A stretch of 64,000 bases of DNA from Octopus vulgaris (GCA_951406725.2 OX597837.1:4092001-4156000); one strand, 5' to 3'. Numbered from the stretch's first letter, positions 1-14,077 are shown. Notes: a model not told the origin generated them from the letters alone. Translations and numbers: made by a program.

Positions 1-53
1 TGATAGATATCCGACTATACACACACACATATATATATGTGTATAAATGTATG

Positions 54-108
<55 letters not shown>

Positions 109-267
109 TTTTATGTGTGCATGCATTTACATGTATTTGCTTCAATTTATGTTTGAGTGTCATACTGAATACTTCTGTACCTGAGCAAATTTCTCACGCA
201 CACAACACACACATGCAACACACACACACACACACACAGACAGACACACACGCACGTACACACAAAC

Positions 268-298
<31 letters not shown>

Positions 299-412
299 TG
301 TATAGGTATATATAAATATGTATATATACACATACACATGCAAGCGCACACTCATATAATTATGTAAATATCTATCAAGTCACCACAACTATTTAGCTGT
401 TTAAAAGAAATG

Positions 413-539
<127 letters not shown>

Positions 540-1089
540 TAATAAACAATAATAAATGTAATAAATAAAATAATAAATATAATAACAAATATTAAATTAT
601 ATTCATACCCAATAATGAATAATAAATTAGAAAGCAAAATTCAATATATGTTTGGGGTTTACTGCGTTTGGACAGCGAAATGAAGATTATTGGCCTTAGT
701 CTCTATTGTTATTAACGTAAGAGATTTTGCTTGTTTCTAATGATAATATAATATTAATAATATAAAATTTTATTATATTCATTATCCTCATTATGAGAAT
801 ATATGCTGTTGGTTGTAACGATTCAATACCAACAATACTCGTCAGATTATTAAGATCAATATTGGTAATAATAATATTAAATGTCCTTATGAAATGCCGG
901 ACAGAAGCTCTCTTTGTTTCCGATCTTTGCTAATTAAAAGTGTTATTATGTACATGATTTGTTTTAGTGTAAAAATTTAGCTAGACCAAATATTCTGCTC
1001 AATACCAAAGATGTGCGTGTCAGTTCGTTGACCTTTGCGTAATATGAATTCCGAACGTAGTGACAGGCATACTAACAACTCTGCCACCC

Positions 1090-1156
<67 letters not shown>

Positions 1157-1185
1157 TTCATAATAATAATAATATTAATAATAAC

Positions 1186-1256
<71 letters not shown>

Positions 1257-1261
1257 TAATA

Positions 1262-1718
1262 ATATGACTGTCCCAATCGATATAAACGTATCTGTCAAGA
1301 CCTACCAAAAACTGAGCAAATATAAAGATCTTGAAATAGAAATCAGCAAAATGTGGAAGCTGAAGACTAAAACAATACCTGTTGTCATAGTTGCCCTGGG
1401 AATGATAGCGAAAGGGGCTGATTGTTACCTAACTCAGATACCAGGAAACCCCAAAATGGCAGAAATTCAAAAGATAGTGCTCATGGGAACTGCTCATATC
1501 CTACGCAAAATACTCTCTATGTAATCCCAAGGTTTAAAACAAACTTTTTTTAAAAAATCTCTGTATTAGACATTCACTAGTACAACACCAAAAAATCCCC
1601 CAAATATATGGCACACTAGGCATAACAACAACGTGAACTTCCAACCTGTTGTCCCTTGAGGTCTCTGGGTGAGACTTGGAGCCAACTTGTACAGACATAA
1701 AGCAAAAGTCAAACATAG
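1262..1718 (+). mobile_element. 3' fragment of an R4/Dong-like restriction-endonuclease-type non-LTR retrotransposon in (TAA)n
   Basis: MTVPIDINVSVKTYQKLSKYKDLEIEISKMWKLKTKTIPVVIVALGMI...IQKIVLMGTAHILRK is typical of the RLE C-terminus (K..KY..L..EI..MW......PVVIGALG). A 3'UTR follows, with (AAT)n on both sides. Confidence 0.8.
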
Positions 1719-1812
1719 AATAATAATAATAGTAATAATAATAATAATAGTAATAATAATAATAATAGTAATAGTAATAGTAATAATAATAGTAGTAGTA
1801 GTAGTAGTAGTA

Positions 1813-1861
<49 letters not shown>

Positions 1862-1880
1862 CAACAACAACAACAACAAC

Positions 1881-1937
<57 letters not shown>

Positions 1938-1941
<4 letters not shown>

Positions 1942-2390
1942 GCTCTGATGCAGTACCAGACAGTGGCTCTCATGTATTCTGATCTTGGAAGTGTTATGAT
2001 GTACATTGTTTTGTCGTGGTAAAAGATATGGGCAACAGCATATATTCTGCTCAATACCACAGATTTGCTTGTCAGTTGTTTGACCTTAACCAGTTGAGCA
2101 TGTCCCTTAGTGGCTGACGATATGTGCATCTCTGATCATGAGAAGAGGTAGAGGGGGAGCATCATAGCCATGTTTTGAGAGGGATTCTTTGGGGTTTGAA
2201 TAATTCACCTCTGGAAACATGGGTGTTTCGTTTAACACCATTAAACAACCCCTATTCAGGGACCTTTTGAGCGTGATGGGCTACTCGACCAGAAGAAAAT
2301 TCTAACTGGCCCCCACCTGCAAGGTCATGTGCTGTTTATCTTGATATGTCATCACCATGTCGCGCACATATGGTTGTGATGCATGTGCCT
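1938..2390. repeat. Unclassified interspersed repeat abutting (AAT)n
   Basis: Segment atattctgctcaatacca.agat.tgc.tgtcagtt.gtttgacctt is shared with 989-1035. Both copies adjoin (AAT)n tracts. Confidence 0.5.
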
Positions 2391-2584
2391 ATATAGCAAA
2401 CGTTTCATATATCTCTGTGCGTATAAACTATATATATGTATGTATATACATATATATACACCTGTTTAAAGATGTATTTTTATTTTCATTGTATATATGT
2501 ATACATATAGGAATTCTTAATATACATTTAATTCTCTCTCCCTCTCTCTCTCTCTCTGTCTCCCTCTCTTCCCCCGTTTCTGTG

Positions 2585-2623
<39 letters not shown>

Positions 2624-2658
2624 ATATATATATATATATATAAATACAGAGAGACGGA

Positions 2659-2719
<61 letters not shown>

Positions 2720-3034
2720 AAATGTATATTAAGAATTCCTCTATGTTTTTATATCATAAATACGAAAAAGAAATTAGATTCGTGGAAATCCTTCTCTTTC
2801 AACTTGTTTCGTTCATAATGAACTGATAAGTTTTTTTTTTCTGCCTGAACAATATCGCAGTGTGACAACTCGTGACGCTGTTGTTGATTGTAAATACAAT
2901 CCTCTGATGTCAAACAATTTGTACCACCTACATGCAGAGTTTATACGCACAGAGATATATGAAACGTTTGCAATATAATTCTGTACTTTGAAGAATATAT
3001 ATTATCTATAATTTTAATATAATCAGCAAGTGTA

Positions 3035-3096
<62 letters not shown>

Positions 3097-3554
3097 CGTG
3101 TATATTTAAATATATTTCACGTAAACGCAGCAGGCATATCTATGTGGTTAAGAAGCTTATTTTGCAGCCATTTGTTTCGCTCTCGACTCACCTTATGGAA
3201 TATGGGATGTGGTTTCGTTTCTAACAAAGCCTTGTACTGAAGTCAGGGCATTGTGCGGTACTGAGAAAACCTGGAACAGAAAAAACTTCTACAGACAATG
3301 TTGCCGAATTTGTGATCGAAAATAACATTGGTCCAAAATAACATTAGTGGAAGATTAAAAAAAAATTAAATCAGCTATCAAGTTAAAACCAAACTACCCA
3401 GATATTTTTGTATGGGGGGGGGCACAAGAGAAAGGTGTTCTTTTGTGGAAATCCGCTGCTTTCTGGTTACCGATGTCGTTAGGAAAATACAAAAGAAACA
3501 AGATATTTATGTACCACTGATATGCGGTTGGCAAATTCATTACTCAAGTTGCAC

Positions 3555-4068
3555 TTTCAGCTTCATACCTATTACTTACTTGTACTTGTGGCGACATTCA
3601 TACTTGTGGCGAGTTGAGTCGGCTTCTTCTACTCATGGAAGAAGTTTCGTGAGAATATGTGGATTTCACAAGCGGTCCCCAACAATCCCGCATATGGAAA
3701 CATCCTGTTTGCCGCAGATTGTCCGCAGACGCAAGGACAGAACGACCGAGGAGCCGTCGGTTGCCGAATCAGACACTCCGAGGATTTTCACCAGAGTCTG
3801 CCAGGTTGTAGCCCTAATACCACTCGATGTCAGATCAATCCGCCTTCGGTGGCCCTACCAGGAACCGAAGTTACCGACAGCATAGCTCTGACATTACCCG
3901 TCGCCAGCGTCCCCACCACGGTGAGGAGGGGATGGACTTTGGGGACGCATACCTATTTTAACAAGATACATACCAAGAAATCTAGAGGAGAGTATGGCTG
4001 AACTTTCGGTCTCGGTAAGAGAATGGAAAGCCTTAATTCATACACTACACACGCGTAGGGAGCCTTAC
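3555..4068 (-). mobile_element. Possible RTE-derived non-autonomous element
   Basis: GC-richer island with a (TACT)n-type tail at the left end and an RTE 5'UTR-like stretch (ggccctaccagga...agcatagctct...ccaccacgg). Recognised from memory only. Confidence 0.35.
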
Positions 4069-4083
4069 TTCATACACCACATA

Positions 4084-4217
4084 GGCGTAGGAGTGGCTGT
4101 GTGGTAAGTAGCTTGCTTACGAACCACATGGTTCCAGGTTCAGTTCCACTGCGTGGCACCTTGGACAAGTGTCTTGTGAGTGGATTTGGTAGAGGAAACT
4201 TGAAAAAAGCCCGTCCC

Positions 4218-4249
<32 letters not shown>

Positions 4250-4486
4250 GTATGTGGGTGTATATGTTTGTGTGTCTGTATTTGTCCCGTCCCCCAACAT
4301 CGCTTGACAACCGATGCTGGTGTGTTTACGTCCCCATAACTTACCAGTTCTTCAAAAGAGACCGATAGAATAAGTACTAGAGTTACAAAGAATAAGTCCT
4401 GGGGTCAATTTGCTCGACTAAAGGCGGTGCTCCAGCATGGCCGCAGTCAAACGACTGAAACAAGTAAAAGAGTAAAAGATAGTAAA
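4084..4486 (+). mobile_element. SINE family A (tRNA-derived, CORE-like, internal microsatellite)
   Basis: Head GGCGTAGGAGTGGCTGTGTGGTAAG...GGTTCAGTTCCA (A/B boxes), CCTTGG.CAAGT core, and tail GGCGGTGCTCCAGCATGGCCGCAGTCAAA.GACTGAAACAAGTAAAAGAG. More than ten copies or fragments occur in the window. Confidence 0.85.
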
Positions 4487-5120
4487 GGCTACAAATAATC
4501 ATGACATCTGGGACAATAAAAATCTGCAAGACTTTCACAACATTGCTACCAAGCAAAGTCGTCTGCGTTTAGTCTAGATTTAAAAAGAGAAAGAAAACAT
4601 GCATACATATACGTCCACAAACACATACACAAACACACACACATATGTAAACTTACACACACATATATGAATAAAGCACACACACACATATGAATAAACA
4701 CACACACACACTGACACACTCACACGTATATGCGTAAAAGAAGTGAAGCTCTTGGACTGGTATCTTCACCACACTATACTATTGCTGTTATATGTCATCT
4801 CTGTGAACGACATCCTGTCATAGACAGTGTTTGTGTAAACACTGGGAACGTATACTGAATAAAGTATCGGTCATAGACATTTTGGCGATTTTGTTTTTCC
4901 TCACTGATAGATACTGCTGAATAATTTTGAAGCTACACGGAAACAACGTCAACGAAATATCTATCTATGTTATCTATCTGTCTATCTCTGTGTGTGTGTC
5001 TGTCTGACTGTCTGTCTATCAATATATAAATGTATGTTTGTGTGTGTTACATTTAAACACACACATACACAAACAGACATACACGCGCGTATATATATAT
5101 ATATATACATATATATGTAC

Positions 5121-5174
<54 letters not shown>

Positions 5175-5300
5175 ATGTGAAAATTATCAATTATTAATTA
5201 AGGATACTAATAGGCAGCACCTTAATTATTAATTGATAAGTTTTACCTTTATTGGTTTCTTTAAGCACACTAACCCACTGATAATATTATAAAAGATATC

Positions 5301-5401
<101 letters not shown>

Positions 5402-6701
5402 ATATTGACTTAACTACTCCTGAGTATGAACATAAAAACTGCTTCCCTCTGCTATTCAGTTTCAATTCCATTCAATTTTTATTGGCTCAAAAAGCAAAAG
5501 CAAGGCCATGTAGAGGGACAGGGAGTTATGTACAGGGGTTGGGGGTCATACAAAGAGTTCAGGCCATTTCTGGTCAAGAGAGACTTTCACTATCTCGTCC
5601 GGCATGTTGAGCCAGTGTGACAGAGTAGGCTCGTTAAACCAGTATGATGTGAAGCTCAGAGTCACGGCCTCCACAACAAACCGTTGTTGGCGAAGCGAAC
5701 ATGCAGGCGCCCACGCCCTACAGTGGTCTAGACGTCGGTAATTAAATCCATATATACGCATGTAAGTATTTAAGTATGTATATATAAATATGTATTGTGA
5801 ATGGCGAAATGGAGACCGAGCTTGAACTCATAATTTTTCAATCAAAATAATGTCGTAACTTCTATGTAAATTTTTCATTTGGAACTATTATTGTTTTATT
5901 TTTGTCCACTCAAGAACAGAATAAAAAGACAGCATTTCCACTTTTATTACTATCGTATATTTCAAAAGATTATATCCGTCCTCTCAAAATTTAGTGTACT
6001 ATTCACGCGCTTTGTGATCGGTGATCATGAAAATATTGTTGAAGCTTATAAAATTGTCAAGTCCGCATTTAAATTTATTAAACATTTCATATTTCCACAT
6101 CACTTGGTTTATTTTATGTGTTCTTAATATGTTTGATGATATTTTTATTACTATTCGGCTTCCATCGATCATTTTGTAATCGTGTGTATGCGCTTTTGTT
6201 TCTGCGTTTGTGTATGCGTTTCTCTCTGTGTGTGCGAATGTGTGCACTTGTTCCTACCTATGTGTGTGTTTGTATAGGATGTTACTATCACCAACTATTG
6301 TTTTTTCTCTCTTATTTTATATCATTTTCGTGTATTGTTGTTTTTATTTTGATGTAATGTAAAGGTTTCTTTCTTATCTCTTCATGGTACACCGCCAATA
6401 ATGTGTTATCGCTGATTGTCCGATGTAACAGATTTTATGAAGTTTACACTTTTTTTTTAATATATTCTTTGAGGTTTTTACATTTCATTAACTTGAATTG
6501 GTTACAGTCTTCTGGTTTGATGTTGATGAGAATTAATTTCATTCTAAAATTTTTTCTACTAAAATGTACTACGTTTATGACGAAGGAATAGAATTCGGAT
6601 CTTTTCGGTTTGAACGGCAGTTTTTTCTAGCGGTGTCATATGAAATTGTCACCCATAATTATGACCCTAAAATCGATCTATTGCATTTCAATCTGTTTTA
6701 A

Positions 6702-6738
6702 GGTTAGGGTTAGTTAGGGTTAGGGTTAGGGTTAGGGG
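6702..6738 (+). repeat. Short interstitial TTAGGG array
   Basis: gttagggttagttagggttagggttagggttagggg. Confidence 0.8.
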
Positions 6739-7327
6739 TGGGGGAAGGGTATCTTTTTTCTTCACAAATGTAAATAAACCCAATCTGTTTCTTAAACGAG
6801 GGACATATTCATACGGCACATATGTTGTTTACCTCAATAGACGTCAGTGATTGGTTGAAATTGCACAAATTGAAGAAAACAAACAACAAATATCTTACAA
6901 ACTATAGAAGTTTCTCAATAAAGGCAAGAGAAAAAGATGTTTTATAAACACATTTTACCAGTATACGAAGTTAAACATTTTTTAATTACCTAGAAATTAT
7001 TTGGTTCATACAATATACCACTATGGCTTCCGTCTCTATTTTAATGGATGTTTATTCTGTTAGATCAGTATAAATGCATTTACTGTTCTATTGCTTGCGC
7101 TACACAAAACTATTCATGGACATCTTTGTAGACAGTGTTCCATTCGCAAAGTTTCATTCATTAGAAGCTATTGTCAGAATAAAACTTTAAAAGCACACCT
7201 ACGAAAGGATTTGTCTACAGATAACGAATATCTATGTTGAAATAAACTCTGTGTATGTATAGAAACCTGTTTGTGTTTTTGACTTATTTAGAATTAATAC
7301 ATGGTTGCGTGTAGGGTATTGTTATAT

Positions 7328-7507
7328 GACAACCGATGATGGTGTGTTTACATCCCCGTAACGTAGCGGTTAGGCATAAAAGACCGATAGAATAAGAACT
7401 AGGCTTATAAAGAGTAAGTCCTGGGGTCGAATTGCTCGACTAAAGGCGGTGCTCCAGCATGGCCGCAGTCAAATGACTGAAATAAGTAAAAGAGTGAGAG
7501 TAAAGAG
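7328..7507 (+). mobile_element. SINE family A, 3' half
   Basis: Matches 4305-4480. Confidence 0.8.
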
Positions 7508-8261
7508 ACAGTGTATATAATATTGTGAAATTTGTGAAAATTTGTGAAAATAGATAATAAACACTGTATAAGCTATAGAAGCTACAGAAATGTATAAGAG
7601 AGTATACAGATATATCAAAATTTAGTAACACAAAATATAAAAAATATAAAAATGTTTATAAAATTTTATAATGCATTTCTTTACAAAATAATAGAAAAGG
7701 TATTTCCTTACAACATGGTGTAAAAGGTATAACAAAGATTAAAGTAAGAATAAATCAAAATATGATAAAATCAGATAAAGATTATTTTATAAATTAAGAT
7801 ACAAATTATAAATTATATTGATATATTGAAAGGAATTCTTAGATGTGATATTATTATAATATTATATAAGAAAAAATATATGTATCAATATTTATATTTT
7901 TTTCATATAATATCATATTTTTATATATTATCATAATATCTCATTCTTTTCAATATATCAATATAATTTATAATTTATATCATAATTTATAAAATAAAAC
8001 TTATTTGATTTATACTTACTTTTAACTCTGTCATAACTTTTATATCATTCTATAAGGAATTACCATTTCTATAATTCTTTTTGAAAATTCTATAGAATTT
8101 TTGTATTATTAATATTTTTTGTTTCACATTATTAAATTTCTATGTTACTATATACCCTCTTATACATCTGTGTAGCTTATATAACTTAAACAGTGTTTAT
8201 AATCTCTTTTCATAAAACTCACTGCATAATACAATATTATATATTTACAATTATACATTGT
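7508..8261. repeat. Old, very AT-rich long inverted repeat
   Basis: aacactgtataagctatagaagctacagaaatgtataagag (7560-7600) pairs with ctcttatacatctgtgtagcttatataacttaaacagtgtt (8157-8198), and ttataaattatattgatatattgaaa pairs with tttcaatatatcaatataatttataa. Centre near 7890. Confidence 0.75.
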
Positions 8262-8353
8262 ATTTTGTAAATCTTTTTATATCTATATTTGATTATCTTA
8301 TACATCTATATATCCTTCCATATACTTTCCTAGTGGTTGTAATTTATGAATAA

Positions 8354-8739
8354 CTAGCAGTATCGCCCGGCGTTGCTCGGGTTTGTTTCGACCCTTTAGT
8401 ATAGGAATTCTTGAAAAGTAAAAATTTTGCTTTATGTAGCTTATTATTCTCTTTAGGTGAACATTTTTCTGGTTGAAATACACCGAAAAATGGCGGCACA
8501 GCAGTAAAAAAATCGTAAAAAAATAGGGATTTTCATAGAAAAAAGGCACACTTTTGATGTAAATAAATTTTGGTCTTAACATGGTCCGATTTTTCTTCTA
8601 CAGAAGGAAGAACAAGCCTTCATCTATCATACTCTCAATTTTGGTCAACTTGCGCCGCAGGGTCTCGGAGGAGATAGTGTTAGTTGAAGGCTACCAAACC
8701 TGTCACACACAGACAACTTCAGCTTTATATATATATAGA
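8354..8739 (-). mobile_element. Non-autonomous Helitron-like element
   Basis: Minus strand reads A|TCTATATA ... hairpin CCCGAGCAACGCCGGG ... CTAG|T, with no TSD. The terminus is shared with 60573-60948. Confidence 0.75.
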
Positions 8740-10210
8740 TTTTTCGTAAGGTCTTTTTATATAAGTTACTGCAGATAGGAATCCATATTTTAATATTTTG
8801 TTTCATCATGCAATATTCATTAAATATTTACATGCCCAAATTAACTTAGGTATCCCGTCCGAATGTACTCCCTTATACATTTAGTATACCTCTAATTCAA
8901 TTACCCCTTATATTCGATATCATATTTTACAATATCTTATATTCTCCTGCTGAAGTAAATAATTCTTCTTATTGCTTTAACATATACTGTGAAATAGGCG
9001 GGGAGATGGCAGAATCGTTAACGTATCAATCACAATACTTACCGGCATTTCCTACGGTTTTGAGTACCACTGAGGTTGGCTTTTTAAAAAGACCGTGACC
9101 TGGCAGAAGCGTTAGCACGCCGGGCGAAATGCGTCATCGCTCTAGCGTCATCGCTCTAGCGTCATCGCTCTAGCGTCATCGCCACTGCTGCGTTTGTATG
9201 TTTGTCTGCGATTGCTTTCTTCTACATGTTCTGGAAAGATGGAAATTAAAATGATATATTATTTACTCAACTATTCAACGATCTTTTCTACTATTCCTCT
9301 TTCTTCGTTCACTTCTAATACACATGCGCATACACTCGAATACACATACACATACACTCATACACATGCATATGCACATATACGTACACGCACACAGACA
9401 CATATACACACATGCATGTATATACACTCGCGAACACACACACAAAAGACACCCAAGCGTACATACGCACAAATGTACACAGGAAATTCACATATAAAGA
9501 ACATTTTTACATATTTCTTTAGGTCGTGTTTATGACAGATACTCTCGGATGCAAATTCGTACATAAGCACACATACACACATATAGATATATACGTACAC
9601 ATATATATGTGTACACAAGATGTATACGTACACAGGCACAATATATACATATATACGTACAAGACACATATGTACACACGCATATATATATGTGTACACA
9701 AAATATATACGTACACACGCACATACATATACAAAGAGTATGCATATGCAGAAATTTAGATATGATTATTTAAATATCTATGCACCCATATATATAATAC
9801 ATAGATACACAGATACACACATATATTCATAAATACACATTAAGTACAGAACATCGTCAATGAGCGAAAATTACATAAACATGCGAGAGATAAGTATAGA
9901 ACAAATATATGTATAAGAGAACAAAGTGTACGTACGCCGCTGTATTTATATAAAAAGGAATTCTAAAATTGGGACAAGAACGCAAGCTTTAGTCGATTCG
10001 TTCGACTAAAAATTCAAGGCGGCACCCTAGCATGGCTGCAATCTATCGACTGAGACATGTAAACGGTAAAAGATATATATACACATATATAAATAAACAT
10101 AGACGCACATAGAGATATAAGCATGCGCAAATGAAGACATACAATAGAAATACAAAATGGCTGACGGTTAGTAAGGAGAGACACAAACAAATAAGAAAGA
10201 AGAAAACAAA

Positions 10211-10255
10211 GGACCACTGATGCGGTCACAGGAGTGTGACGAAAGAACTCTGGCC
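10211..10255 (+). ncRNA. Hammerhead-like motif (variant core CUGAUGC)
   Basis: cca-CTGATGC-g-gtcac...gtgac-GAAA-g-aa-CTC-tgg; position A9 is replaced or shifted. Confidence 0.45.
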
Positions 10256-10369
10256 GAAATAAGATTAAGATTAATGTAAAAAATAGATATCACTGAAGCA
10301 AAATAACACCAAATATATAGTGCGTGTGTTTTTATTGGCTAAACTGGCAATATGACCATTCCGAAATAT

Positions 10370-10442
<73 letters not shown>

Positions 10443-10548
10443 TTTATTTAAAGCACATTACTCTACCACTCTAAATAAAGCATATTACTCTACCACTGGT
10501 ATTTGAGTACTCTTTTTTCCACCTTGTTTCACATTTATGTGTTTACTC

Positions 10549-10597
<49 letters not shown>

Positions 10598-10598
<1 letters not shown>

Positions 10599-10815
10599 GC
10601 GTAGGAGTGGCTGTGTGGTAAGTAGCTTGCTTACAAACCACATGGTTCCGGGTTCAGTCCCACTGCGTGGCACCTTCGGCAAGTGTCTTCTACTATAGCC
10701 TCGGGCCGACCAAAGCCCTGTGAGTGGATTTGGTAGACGGAAACTGAAAGAAGCCCGTCGTATATATATATATACATGCATGTATATATATATATATATA
10801 TATATATACATAAAT

Positions 10816-10847
<32 letters not shown>

Positions 10848-10874
10848 GTATGTATGAATGTGTGTGTTTACGAA

Positions 10875-10913
<39 letters not shown>

Positions 10914-11253
10914 AAGAAAGGAGATGTCGAACACGAGTGGTGATATATAAAAAAGGAAATGAAGAAAATGCTGACAAATAATTGAAGTAATTTAAGTAAT
11001 TTAATTAGGTGAAAGTTCTTTTTACCGGTTGCGCATTTGTTATGCTTATCAAAATATAAAAGGGAGATTAGAGTTTCTTTCTTATAGAATTTTTCCTCTT
11101 ATCTGATAAGAGGAAAAATTCTATAAGAAAGGAACTCTAATCTCCCTTTTATATTTTGATAAGCATAACAAATGCGCAACCGGTAAAAAGAACTTTCACC
11201 TAATTAAATTACTTAAATTACTTCAATTATTTGTCAGCATTTTCTTCATTTCC

Positions 11254-11341
<88 letters not shown>

Positions 11342-11498
11342 CTGATGTGTTTACGTCCCCGTAACTTAGCTGTTCGGCAAAAGAGAGCGATAGAATAAGT
11401 ACTAGGCTTACAAAGAACAAGTCCTGGGGACGATTTGCTCGACTAAAGGTGATGCTCCAGCATGGCCGCAGTCAAATGACTGAAACAAGTAAAAGAGT
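10598..11498 (+). mobile_element. SINE family A split by microsatellites and a palindromic insert
   Basis: Head at 10598-10760 and tail at 11340-11498; the 10911-11260 palindrome lies in the internal (TA)n tract. Confidence 0.75.
10911..11264. repeat. Near-perfect ~320-bp palindrome in (TA)n
   Basis: Arms at ~10943-11103 and 11105-11264 around a single-base centre (cctcttatc-T-gataagagg). Contains a degenerate hammerhead-like TTGATAA-gcat..atgc-GCAA-ccg-GTA. Confidence 0.9.
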
Positions 11499-11986
11499 GC
11501 GTGTGTGTGTGTGTTTGTATACACTTATATTTGTATCATTTAATGTGCACGGTATAAACATACGACCGAAATATTTAACATTTTAACTCTTACAAAAATT
11601 AAAAGAGGGAAAGTTGACTGCAAAAGAAAGAAATTTCTCCCAATAACAAATATTTTATATGTATCAACGAAACATTAACTTTTTAAAAATAATTCTATTA
11701 TAAATAATAAATTACTTCTTTTACCACTGGAGTTCCCTTTATTCATTTATTCAATTTTTGAAGTTTTTATCATCTCTTTTCAAACTCGCTGCTTTAGCTG
11801 AGTCGGGTTTTTTTTTGGCATTTATAGTTGTGAGCAAAAAGTGATTCGTTTAAAATTAAAAGGACAAAAAAAATTATTTTGTTTTTATGGCCTTTCTGAC
11901 ATGTAATGTTTTCATATTTGTATTTTAGTCTTGTCTCTCAATATATAATAATAAAAATCATAACAATAATAATAATAATAATAATG

Positions 11987-12050
<64 letters not shown>

Positions 12051-12451
12051 TAATAATAATAATAATAATAATAATTATAATGATAATAATAATAATAATA
12101 ATAATAATATATATATATATATATATATATTATAGAAATATATTGTTTGTCAATGCAAGAATGCAGTGCATTCTTTTATGACACAAATGTGCATGCTTGA
12201 AGAAAGCCTGTTCATCAACAATAAACGGAAAGAGAAAAGTTTCCTTTTGAAATACATAGTCGCCATGATAGATCGTTAGCCACTACACACATTTTCTCTC
12301 CTTGTTTTTTCTGTGTCCCTTTCTGTAGAAAAGCGTCGGCTTGAAACGTAAAAAGACTTTCTCTATTCCTGAGCATTATACTAATACATCTGTTTGTTTT
12401 GTACACCACCTGTTTTCGTCTTTTGTTTTTTTCGTAAACTCTCCCTATATA

Positions 12452-13370
12452 TATGAGAAATAGGAGGCAGTCAGAATGGTGGATGATTCTTTACTGGCGC
12501 TTACGTTCGTTTATCGAACTCTTCAAAACAAAATCAGAATGGTAAAAACGGAACGTTTCGTTGTTCATTTATATGAATCGGATGTTTTTTGATTTGTTTG
12601 GAAGGCGAGAAAATTATTATATTTTTTTTTTTGGTGATGAGAAGAGAGAAAGAAAAATAAAGAGGTGAGCAAATAGAGAGAGGGAGAGGAAGAGAGGAAA
12701 TTCAGGACAATAAAGAAAGGAGGAAAAATAATAAAGGATGGAGAAAGGTAGGTTGATATAAAGATAGACAAACAGAGAAACAGACAGATAGGGAGAGAGA
12801 GAAAGAGAGAGGGAGGGCGAGAAAAGTTTCTTTTCAATATGATGTGGTCAACCCATTGAAATTTCATTACAACTTATTTTTCTCTTTTCTTTTCTTTCTT
12901 TTTCCTTCTTTTCTTCACTTCTTTTGTTTCCCATTCTTCTCGTTCCTAAACATCAACGTATTTGTAAATAAACACATTTTCTCACAAGGGCTGGTGGCTT
13001 CTTTTTATATCTTTGGCACACGTTGGATATATAAATTACTGGCGAGACTACAAAATGATCTCCGTTACCGACTACTATCGACCTCTACTCTTTATAAGAG
13101 TTCGGCTTGTCCATTCTTCCAATTCCCCTGGGATGTCAAAGACGTTCGGCACAACATCTTCCAAGATGTCAATTTTAGGAAATAGAATGGGAACGATAAG
13201 AAAATAGGGGAGAGTCTGGTCATCACCGGAAAATTAACAAGAGTTCAAAGTCCTATGAAAATGTATATTCCTTTACACTTGTATAATCAAATCCCATAGT
13301 CTGCGTAAGTCTATATTTCGCACGAACAAACATTAAATATAAGTACAACAGTCATAAATTGGGAAAATAA
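12452..13370. repeat. Unclassified interspersed repeat; shorter copy at ~34755-35450
   Basis: Shared blocks gcagtcagaat, tttctttcaat.tgatgtggtcaac, tttgtaaataaacacattttctca and gaaaatgtatatt..tttacacttgtata.t.aaatcccata. Confidence 0.75.
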
Positions 13371-13842
13371 ATTCCGAATATAAAAATATAATTTGAGATC
13401 GGTACTGTTTATAATTCAATCTATTCTCTATATACACATTATCGAGCATCATAAACGAGTTTTGTTATAACATGTATATTGTATATTTAGCTGGAGGCCA
13501 CTCTGTAGGATATACATCATATAACAAAGCACTGCCTGCTGTAATATATTTTTGAGTAACTTTGATCCTTTTGTAGGATTTCTTTTTCTTTTTCTTGCTT
13601 GCTTGGATAAGATAATTCAAAAGAGATCTTTGTCACGTATTACTTTGCCAACAAGCTATATCAGATAAATTTCCTAATCACAGGTAAAATGCTTCTGGCA
13701 TTCTTTCTCGGGCATATGTTTGTTCTATAAGAACAGCAGTTGTCAGAATCCTAATGATATATACAGTGTGAGATGGGTAAATTATAGCCATTTTATATTT
13801 TTGATATCACGCATTGTTTAAATTTTGTCGACTACACAGTAT

Positions 13843-14077
13843 ATATTTCTCTACTATCCACAAGGGGCTAAACAAAGAGGGGACAAAGAAGGACAGACAA
13901 GGACAGACAAGCGGATTAAGTCGATTATATCGACCCCAGTGTGTAACTGGTACTTAATTTATCGACCCCGAAAGGATGAAATGCAAAGTCGACCTCGGCG
14001 GAATTTGAGCTCAGAACGTAGCGACAGACGAAATACGGCTATGCATTTCACCCGGCGTGCTAACGTTTTTGCCAGCC
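13843..14077 (-). mobile_element. SINE family B (tRNA-derived, Tx1-like 3' tail)
   Basis: Sense strand has TGGCA.AA.CGTTAGCACGCCGG (A box), GAG.TCAAATTCC (B box), central GC.TTTCATCCTTTCGGGGTCGATAAATTAAGTACCAG and tail TGTTTAGCCCCTTGTGG.TAGTAGAGAAAT. Confidence 0.82.

Noticed and set aside
9131-9183. 14-bp tandem repeat (gcgtcatcgctcta)
   Set aside because: Local slippage inside a degenerate SINE B; no evidence of function.
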